From contig CAYZYR010000002.1 of assembly GCA_964482785.1 (NCBI GenBank), positions 1 through 54,161 on the forward strand: 54,161 nt of DNA, given 5' to 3'. Below are positions 46,059-54,161 of this stretch, piece by piece (the first letter of the stretch is position 1; the number at the start of each line of letters is the position of its first letter). Source of the stretch: an uncultured Candidatus Saccharibacteria bacterium (lineage in GTDB: Bacteria > Patescibacteriota > UBA1384 > VFKW01). The notes under the pieces are model-generated. The model worked only from the letters and a program-made list of their open reading frames with translations, made no database searches and was not told the DNA's origin. The position numbers and the translations under genes are program-made.

Positions 46059-47465
46059 CGTATTAAAATTTAAATGTATAAAATTTTAATTGCTTTTAAT
46101 GTTTAATTGTAAATATGTTATACAAGTATTTATAAAAATTAAATAAAAACATACTTTTATCCAAGTAAATATTGTATGCACGTATTTTTTACTCAATTTT
46201 TTCTCAGCAAAAATTTAAACTAACAAAATTTTTCGCTCATTTAAAGCAGCTCGCGATAAACATTAAGCAAAATTAAAAAAATAAAATCGTAGACGATTTT
46301 AAAGCCTTAACAGGTTGAAAATTGAACATTACTTAATCGCTTCAATAGACAATCTGTAATCATCCATATCGCTACTGGCCACTCCATTGCCATTACAATT
46401 CGCACAAAAACATCGACTATTATTACCGCGCCAAAATAACATATGACCACATCCGGACGCCTCGCTAAAAGTCAAAAACATAACTTAATAATTTATCAAT
46501 TTCACTCTACCCAAATTCATCGAGGCAAGATCAAATCAACTAAAGTAATTTATTCGAAATTAAAATCAAAAAACCACAACAAAAATTCATCCGAAAAACA
46601 TAACGAAATACTATCTCCAAACACTTCGTCGCTAAAACCAAAAAACACAATTTACAGTACAAAAAATCTTAGACCTACACTAGATTTACAACACAAGTAT
46701 ACAATTATTATATCAAAAACATAACCAAAAATTAAAATCATCTATTATCATTTTAATACCATAAATTATTATATTTCTTAATATCAAATCAAAAAAATAC
46801 ACAAAAAAATCTCTATAGTATTTATTAATAATTAAACAAATTTATTATTAAACTTTTCAATTTTTATAGTTCAAAATAATTTAATAATATTCTGTAATAA
46901 TTTTACAATTATCCAACTAAAAACGCCTCCAAAACATAGTGCTCAATAACATCTCAGTCATGATAATATATAAAAATATTGAACAAAAAATACAAAACCA
47001 CAACTAAAAAACCATTTCAGACCTAAAAACATATGTCGAAACAAAAAAGTCAATTTTAAAACATAAATATAAAAATTGATTAAATTAATTAGACATTAAA
47101 GTACATATAAAAACGCCTCAAAGCCATCAAAACAAACACAAATAAATTGTTCAAAAATAATCAAACTAGTATTGCTTATTACCGCATTAATCTCATATTA
47201 TAACTTCATCTTAAATGGCACAGAATTATCGTAATAATATTATAAATAATTTACAAAAACTTTAAAAATGTACAATACATATTAGACATTAAAAAGCATC
47301 TGCATTAATTCAAAAAAAATTACAAGTTGTCAAAAAAGTTAAATAAATATTGAACATAATTTCCACATAAATATTCCCGTCAAAAAAACAGCAAATATCA
47401 CAATACAAGCAAAAAATATTACTTGTATCATTTTTAAAACTGCGTGACCACCCGCAACAAAACAT

Positions 47466-47506
47466 TTAAAAAAACAGGCCCTGTGCGAGCCTGCTTTTTC
47501 TTTTTT
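47466..47506 (-). terminator. Terminator after groEL
   Basis: GCAGGC-TCGCACAGG-GCCTG hairpin flanked by A/T runs on both sides. Confidence 0.5.
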
Positions 47507-47517
47507 AACAGTTCAAT

Positions 47518-49179
<1,662 letters not shown>

Positions 49180-49204
49180 CTAAGTTATTAAATACCTATT
49201 TTAA

Positions 49205-49489
49205 CTATTCGATAACACCTAAAATATCTTCTTCTTTAAGAATTTTATATTCTTTACCTTCAAATTTGATCGACTCGGCCCATTTGTTAAAAAGAACCTT
49301 GTCGCCCTCTTTAACACCAAGAGAAATCTGCTTCCCGTCAACCCACTTACCCGTTCCAATAGCCACTACTTTGCCTTCCTGCCTCTCTTCTCTTGCCGAA
49401 TCAGGTAAAAAAATCCCCGATTTCGTCTTTTCCTCTTTTTCCAGAGGTAATACTAAAACGCGATCACCCAATGGACGCAATTTTGCCAT
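49205..49489 (-). CDS. groS: Co-chaperonin GroES
   Basis: LRPLGDRVLV...EEKTKSGIFLPDSA...GKVVAIG. Confidence 0.95.
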   Translation of the reverse strand: MAKLRPLGDRVLVLPLEKEEKTKSGIFLPDSAREERQEGKVVAIGTGKWVDGKQISLGVKEGDKVLFNKWAESIKFEGKEYKILKEEDILGVIE

Positions 49490-49632
49490 TTCGGACTCCT
49501 TTCCTATTTAATCTGGCCTCAAACCAGCCTTTCAATACTGCTTTAACTTTATACCAAATTATTACCTTAAAATCTACAGTCTAATTTAGCAATAAAATTC
49601 CGCCGAACTCTTTATAATGTATTTTACAAAAA

Positions 49633-49662
49633 AATTGTAAAGCTTCCTTTACAATTTGTCAA
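49633..49662 (-). promoter_or_regulatory. groESL promoter with an embedded perfect 10-bp inverted repeat (operator candidate)
   Basis: Minus strand reads TTGACA (49662..49657), 17 nt, then TACAAT (49639..49634). AATTGTAAAG (49633..49642) and CTTTACAATT (49647..49656) span the spacer and the -10 box. Confidence 0.5.
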
Positions 49663-49788
49663 TATCTACTTTGTCCGCTTATCGTCATAACGATAAAACG
49701 CTTGGTCTACACCATATTTATATCTTATAATGTTGCGGAACATTTCTTCGATATCTAGAGGAGTGTTGATTACTCATGGAAGAGATAC

Positions 49789-50204
49789 TTGAAGTTGAAA
49801 CCTGAACAACTATTCGCTTTAAGAGTAAAAGCAGTAACTGCTTTCCTTGTTGCCCTGATCGCCACCGACATCGCAATCATCTAGACATCAAATTTATGGC
49901 AGATACTAGCTGTACTTGTTCTGTTTGAGACAGCGGCCTATCTCTTGCCATTATTAACCCCAAAAACTACGGGAGAGGCACCGCAGTTTATATGCACTCT
50001 TATCGTAGGCATAAGCATTATGCCATCAAGAGTCTCAACCACCCCGCCGCCATTCTCCCCATGACAATCTGGACAATAGCAATGATTTGTTTCGAGAAGG
50101 CCATGCAAGTGTACAAGATAGTACCCCTTAGCCTAAACGAAGCCATCGAAATACCAGCCAAAAGCGAAGACAGTAGTTACTCGGTTCAAAACAAGTCAAA
50201 ATAG
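49789..50204 (+). pseudogene. Decayed small membrane-protein gene (in-frame TAG plus a frameshift)
   Basis: One frame reads KLKPEQLFALRVKAVTAFLVALIATDIAII-TAG(49882)-TSNLWQILAVLVLFETAAYLLPLL...FICTLIVGISIM...*. The hydrophobic continuation ILPMTIWTIAMICFEK lies in the frame of track ORF 49992..50204. Confidence 0.4.
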
Positions 50205-50212
50205 GGTTTCGC

Positions 50213-50428
50213 TTGTTTTCTAAGCGAGATGAGGTTCTCTGCAGAATTCTAGACAACCACCCAAGTCAAAACGGAGATACTTTTATAATCTTCGATGATT
50301 CCCCACAATATCTGTTTAAACTGCTAAACAGAAAGAATTGCTTCGATCCGGAAAACCCGTGTATAGTTGAAGCCAAAAACAACCTCATCCAGGATACTGG
50401 ATACAGGTTTGAGATCAGCTTCAGCTAA
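50213..50428 (+). CDS. Hypothetical protein (weak)
   Basis: 71-aa ORF with a TTG start and no SD. A terminator-like hairpin follows at ~50463..50500. Confidence 0.3.
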   Translation: MFSKRDEVLCRILDNHPSQNGDTFIIFDDSPQYLFKLLNRKNCFDPENPCIVEAKNNLIQDTGYRFEISFS

Positions 50429-50901
50429 TCATTTACGCTACACCCAACTCTCCATCAAGTTCGGCCAAGTGAGAAATCATCTGGCCAACACTTTTTATAT
50501 TGTATACAAGTATACTTACTTACCAACTAAACCTATAATTTTTCAATTAAAATAGCAGTGACAGCGTGAAGGGGGTTGCACGCATTGCCACTGCTAAAGG
50601 ATACAATATCAAACCCCAAATAACGTGTCAAGTCTCATTTACAATTTTTAAACCTGATTGAACTAACCCCAGCCAATTCTCAGCTATTTACAATTTACAT
50701 ACCTGATATCATAATAAAAATATCTCTAAATTATTTTTGAGCTCCTCATACCAAGGATGGGGGTTAAATAAACTGAAACGATTTTTTGAGGAGGGGAGTG
50801 CTGTCTGAAAAGACCGTTAATATAATTCGAAACGGTTCCTACACCAGCTAGTTTAAAGTACACTACTAGCAAACGAAAGCTTATTTTAGTGTTAATAAAA
50901 T

Positions 50902-50910
50902 TGTGGATAA
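50902..50910 (-). promoter_or_regulatory. Second perfect DnaA-box 9-mer (reverse orientation) upstream of trpS
   Basis: TGTGGATAA on the plus strand. Confidence 0.25.
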
Positions 50911-51025
50911 ACTGTGAATTACTTAATTAATTGAAATCTTCATATACCTATGCTAACCTTAAAATATACGATTATTATTACAAAACACATACAATAACTT
51001 TTATATACAAGCAAAAAGGATTATT

Positions 51026-52009
51026 ATGAAAAGAATTTTTTCAGGCATACAGCCAACAGGTATAATTCACCTCGGCAATTACCTCGGTGCCATCAAGCAA
51101 TGGGTGGATCTCCAAGATCAAGCTGATGATGCCATATTTTGCGTTGTAGACCTCCATGCCATCACTGTTCGCCAAGATCCTGCCGAACTTCACCAAAACA
51201 TCCTCTCCACGGCCGCTTGGTACATTGCATGTGGGATTAATCCCCAAAAATCACATATTTTCATCCAATCCTCCCGTCCCGAACACACCGAGCTTGCCTG
51301 GATCTTAAATACTTTTACCCAAATGGGAGAGCTTGAAAGGATGACCCAGTACAAAGAAAAAAACGCCAAACATGGCGAAAACGTCGGCCTTTTCACCTAT
51401 CCCGTCCTTATGTCTGCCGATATTTTACTTTACCAGACAACCCAAGTTCCCGTCGGCGAAGATCAGGTTCAACACGTTGAGCTAGCCCGCGATATCGCCA
51501 AACGCCTCAACGGCATTTATGGCCAGACTCTCACTATTCCCGAATACAAGACCAAAATCGGCGGCAAACGCATCATGGGCCTCGACGATCCGACCAAAAA
51601 AATGTCCAAATCAGCCACCTCCACCTACAACTACATCGCTCTCTCCGACAACGCCGACACCATCCACCAAAAGATCAAAAAAGCCGTTACCGACTCTGGT
51701 AATCAAGTCAAATATAAGATCGACCAGCCAGCTATTTCCAATCTACTAAATATCTACTCAGAAATCACCGGCAAAGAAATCGCCGAATTAGAAGAACAAT
51801 ATCAAGGCAAAGGCTACGGCATTTTCAAATCCGATCTCGCCGACGTCATCGCCGATCATCTTGCCCCGATCAGAGTAAAACACAATCAATTAATGGCCAA
51901 TCAAGATGAATTAACCATTATTCTCCAAAAAAGCGCCAATTCCCTCGCCCCATTAGCCCAAGAAACCCTAAAAAAAGTCCGCTCCCAAATCGGCCTCCTG
52001 AATCTATAA
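51026..52009 (+). CDS. trpS: Tryptophan--tRNA ligase
   Basis: IFSGIQPTGIIHLGNYLGA (HIGH region), KMSKS (KKMSKS) motif; 327 aa. Confidence 0.95.
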   Translation: MKRIFSGIQPTGIIHLGNYLGAIKQWVDLQDQADDAIFCVVDLHAITVRQDPAELHQNILSTAAWYIACGINPQKSHIFIQSSRPEHTELAWILNTFTQMGELERMTQYKEKNAKHGENVGLFTYPVLMSADILLYQTTQVPVGEDQVQHVELARDIAKRLNGIYGQTLTIPEYKTKIGGKRIMGLDDPTKKMSKSATSTYNYIALSDNADTIHQKIKKAVTDSGNQVKYKIDQPAISNLLNIYSEITGKEIAELEEQYQGKGYGIFKSDLADVIADHLAPIRVKHNQLMANQDELTIILQKSANSLAPLAQETLKKVRSQIGLLNL

Positions 52010-52039
52010 AATTCTTAGCAAAAAATCCCTTATAGTCGC

Positions 52040-52067
52040 TTGACAAACAAGGCTTTTTTGTTATAAT
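52040..52067 (+). promoter_or_regulatory. Sigma70-like promoter of the 52128 cassette
   Basis: TTGACA, 16 nt, then TATAAT. Confidence 0.5.
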
Positions 52068-52127
52068 TCTAAGTTTTCTCTCAAAAAGCCCGCCTTTTAA
52101 GGGGGTTAATACAAGGAGGATAGAGAA

Positions 52128-52418
52128 TTGAGAACATTAATATTTTGTATACTGTCCTTCGCCCTGCTTACAATTTCTTACCACAAAGTCATCGCCGGCA
52201 CCTGCCAAGATCCGGCCCAAACTCAGGATCCAACCGCCTGCGCTACTCAAGCTCCATGGACGGTCATCTGTGTTCCCGCGCAAGCAGATCCGACCACCAT
52301 CGCTTCCCCCGCTCTCATCAAAGAAGTATCTCTCAAGCTGATAATCTCATCGAACGACAAGATATGGCCGGAAAACTGCGAGTTTATCGTCGTTTACCCG
52401 GTTTTGAACCCCGACTGA
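52128..52418 (+). CDS. Secreted hypothetical protein, N-terminal part up to an in-frame TGA
   Basis: TTG start 8 nt after AAGGAGG. Signal peptide RTLIFCILSFALLTISYHKVIAG. The frame stays open after TGA 52416..52418. Confidence 0.6.
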   Translation: MRTLIFCILSFALLTISYHKVIAGTCQDPAQTQDPTACATQAPWTVICVPAQADPTTIASPALIKEVSLKLIISSNDKIWPENCEFIVVYPVLNPD

Positions 52419-52419
52419 C

Positions 52420-52467
52420 AACTGACGCCGTGCAACCAACAACTTGCATGGCTGAGCATGGTCAGTT
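52420..52467 (+). other. Strong stem-loop immediately 3' of the in-frame TGA
   Basis: The outer stem pairs AACTGAC (52420..52426) with GTCAGTT (52461..52467). The inner stem pairs GCCGTGCAA (52427..52435) with TTGCATGGC (52444..52452), including one G-U pair. The loop is CCAACAAC. Confidence 0.6.
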
Positions 52468-52721
52468 ATGATCGACCCTACCTGATCGGCCCGAACATTC
52501 TCGAGCCTATCAGCAAGATCATTATCGTGACTGACAAGGGGTGTCGGTATGAGGCAAATATCTGCCCCAAGCCAGTCCAAACCGGCTCGCGTATTCTAAC
52601 CGACGAAGAAGCCTCCAGAATTGATGGCGTCTGCCGCGGTAATCCGCTACTGGAAAAGCCTGTTCCTCTAACCGGCAAAGAGACCAAAGGAGCCACCAAA
52701 GACTCCAAAAGTCTGCGGTAA
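52458..52721 (+). CDS. Same-frame continuation of the 52128 ORF (track ORF; no SD of its own)
   Basis: 52128 and 52458 are in the same frame. The sequence between the TGA and ATG 52458 is open (QLTPCNQQLAWLS). GC-rich, protein-like composition continues to 52721. Confidence 0.4.
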   Translation: MVSYDRPYLIGPNILEPISKIIIVTDKGCRYEANICPKPVQTGSRILTDEEASRIDGVCRGNPLLEKPVPLTGKETKGATKDSKSLR

Positions 52722-52786
52722 AGCCGTCAAGAAAATCATACACAATCTGTTTGTAATCGATCTACATCCACGAACACTCTCCCAAC

Positions 52787-52822
52787 AAAAGCCCTGTGAG
52801 GTTCAAACCGCACAGGGCTTTT
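52787..52822 (+). terminator. Rho-independent terminator
   Basis: AAAAGCCCTGTG-12 nt-CACAGGGCTTTT. Confidence 0.6.
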
Positions 52823-53038
52823 AAAATACAATCACTGCCTCTCTAGCAATCTCTCCGAGAACGTAAATCACACTCATAGATAAAAATAGAAATCCCTCCC
52901 TATCTCTTCTTTACTCTTACCCCCCAAGTATTCAACATTATCACAATTTTAAGCATTTTTTCAGACATTTTTTATATATTTCTTACAAAGTCAGAGCTCA
53001 ATCTCTGCGCTAATATCAAATTAAAAGAAAGGAGTCCT

Positions 53039-53209
53039 ATGAGCAAGAAAAGACCCAACAATATCTCAAAAATAAAGGAGAGGTCGTATCTAAGAAAAAA
53101 GTTCCGGGACAGCTTCGCTCTAGATTATTACAGAGATCTTAAGACAGAAATGAGAGAATCATTTGGATACATGATCAAGATTCCTTTTAAACGCCACCGG
53201 TATATTTAA
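53039..53209 (+). CDS. Possible 56-aa basic protein
   Basis: ATG lies 4 nt after AAAGGAG. The product is MSKKRPNNISKIKERSYLRKKFRDSFALDYYRDLKTEMRESFGYMIKIPFKRHRYI. A terminator follows. The ORF is below the track size cut-off. Confidence 0.45.
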   Translation: MSKKRPNNISKIKERSYLRKKFRDSFALDYYRDLKTEMRESFGYMIKIPFKRHRYI

Positions 53210-53235
53210 TTACAACAACTAAATATTTTATTTTC

Positions 53236-53262
53236 AAAACAGGGCGCTCGCCGCCCTGTTTT
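53236..53262 (+). terminator. Rho-independent terminator
   Basis: AAAACAGGGCG-CTCGC-CGCCCTGTTTT. Confidence 0.6.
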
Positions 53263-53330
53263 CGTTCTTCAAATTTTTATAATTCATGCTATCAAATCTA
53301 CCATCACAAACAAATCGCCCCTTTGCCGAC

Positions 53331-54068
53331 TTATTTCCCAGCCGCCCGCCACATAAATTCAAACATCATCTTCATAGAACTCGCGATCTCCGAGCTCTCG
53401 ATCACTACTGCGTGGACATTTTTCCCATAAGAAACCAAAGCCAAATTATCGCCGAAAATCACCATATCCGTTCCCAAATACATCCATTCCGGCAACTCCC
53501 GCGCCTCCTGCAAACCCGCCGCATACTTCCTGATATATTCCGCCGCAAACCCGCCTTTCACCACCAATTCTCTCACTTTCATCTTTTTTTTCATCGTATA
53601 CTCAAAGTATTTCTTAAAGTAATCTCCTAAAAAAGCCTCTATCTTCCCTGAATCAGCCACCGCCTGGATCTCCCGCGATCGCTTCACCATCTCGTAAACC
53701 TCGATCAACCCTCTGCGCCCCTCAAAATACCTCACCTTCGGCTTTTCCTCAGCCTTGTTGTAAACCGAACGCAAATCCGGCAATATCTCCTGAAATTCCC
53801 TCAGCTTATCTCTAAGTCCCAGCTCTAAATTCTTCGGGTCTTGCGCAAAATACCGCCTGCGATTGTTCTTTTCCCCATATGAAACCAGCTTTAAATTAAG
53901 CAATTCATCTAAAATATTATAACAATGCGCTCTTTTTATCCCCGCTTTTCGCGCGATCGGCTGTACCGTCGATTCTCCCAATTCCAAGCCCGCCAGATAA
54001 ACGCTTGTCTGTTTGTCGTTCAGACCCATCGATTTTAATATCAGGTTTATCTTATCCATTTTCGTCAT
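53331..54068 (-). CDS. TrmB-like transcriptional regulator, paralog 5
   Basis: LKSMGLNDKQTSVYLAGLELGESTVQPIARKAGIKRAHCYNILDELLNLKLV plus a C-terminal domain ending VVIESSEIASSMKMMFEFMW. Confidence 0.75.
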   Translation of the reverse strand: MTKMDKINLILKSMGLNDKQTSVYLAGLELGESTVQPIARKAGIKRAHCYNILDELLNLKLVSYGEKNNRRRYFAQDPKNLELGLRDKLREFQEILPDLRSVYNKAEEKPKVRYFEGRRGLIEVYEMVKRSREIQAVADSGKIEAFLGDYFKKYFEYTMKKKMKVRELVVKGGFAAEYIRKYAAGLQEARELPEWMYLGTDMVIFGDNLALVSYGKNVHAVVIESSEIASSMKMMFEFMWRAAGK

Positions 54069-54082
54069 TATTTATTAACGAT

Positions 54083-54111
54083 ATATTAAAATATAATCTC
54101 GCATTTGTCAA
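54083..54111 (-). promoter_or_regulatory. Sigma70-like promoter giving a nearly leaderless TrmB-like mRNA
   Basis: Minus strand reads TTGACA (54111..54106), 17 nt, then TAATAT (54088..54083). ATG 54068 lies only 14 nt after the -10 box, with no SD. Confidence 0.45.
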
Positions 54112-54161
54112 TAATATAAGATTTATATTTATATACATTATTAATAAAAAATAGACACTAA

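Larger units (their letters stand above)
45820..47517. other. 1.7-kb extremely AT-rich, G-depleted non-coding tract
   Basis: No credible ORF is present (track ORF 46443..46724 is low-complexity). The tract contains short repeats: TACACGTAATTA x2, AAAAACATAAC x3 at 120-121-bp spacing, AAAAACGCCTC x2 and TTAGACATTAAA x2. It also has one perfect DnaA-box 9-mer. Confidence 0.7.

Noticed and set aside
46443-46724. 93-aa ORF in the AT-rich tract
   Set aside because: It is a low-complexity K/N/S/T/I-rich translation of A-rich DNA. It has no SD, and no frame preference is visible.
45820-47517. Chromosomal replication origin (oriC)
   Set aside because: Only one perfect DnaA box and a few 2-mismatch relatives are present. 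The window holds no dnaA or dnaN. The plus strand stays C>G and genes keep the same orientation on both sides, so I see no skew switch. I keep it only as a minor alternative within the ParA finding.
45820-47517. CRISPR array
   Set aside because: The repeats are short (11-12 nt), few in number and irregularly spaced. The window has no 24-40-nt repeat-spacer periodicity and no cas genes.
49490-49700. CIRCE/HrcA operator upstream of groES
   Set aside because: There is no TTAGCACTC-N9-GAGTGCTAA. Only a partial TTAGCA is present, and a different palindrome sits there instead.
50560-51025. T-box riboswitch upstream of trpS
   Set aside because: I could not find the conserved T-box sequence (GGGTGGTACCGCG-like) or a terminator/antiterminator pair just before the start codon.

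Overview
This is a 54.2-kb chromosomal segment from a low-GC, gene-dense bacterium. Its content suggests a Patescibacteria/CPR-type genome, which is an inference. The supporting content is five TrmB-like paralogs, at least 8 type IV pilin-like genes, a PRC-barrel/DUF5665-like pair and ribosomal proteins with charged tails. Housekeeping genes recognised: rplS, rpmA, dnaE, ndk, a WecA/MraY-family transferase, an M16 peptidase, two PAP2 phosphatases, a Xer recombinase, pgeF, a tandem ddl-ddl fusion, ychF, Fe/Mn SOD, rpsF-ssb-rpsR, efp, parA, groES/groEL and trpS. I found no rRNA, tRNA, CRISPR array, transposase or reverse transcriptase. The most unusual property is compositional. The AT-rich backbone is interrupted by about 9 short, visibly GC-richer cassettes. 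Most have a TTGACA-type (or near-consensus) promoter with a 16-17 nt spacer to a TAnnnT -10 box and a GC-rich hairpin terminator. They encode ORFans, secreted or membrane proteins, a radical SAM/SPASM enzyme, an orphan GHKL-type ATPase and a PEP-CTERM protein. Several carry in-frame stops or frameshifts, and four lie next to TrmB-like regulator paralogs. Other notable items: a three-gene GC-rich operon wedged between rplS and rpmA; ParA with a small RHH-like partner next to a 1.7-kb AT-rich non-coding tract; an in-frame UGA followed immediately by a strong hairpin in a secreted protein; an inverted-repeat-bounded structured element after efp; and several pseudogenes. Product calls come from motif recognition in the translations, with no database search, and start codons are often uncertain.
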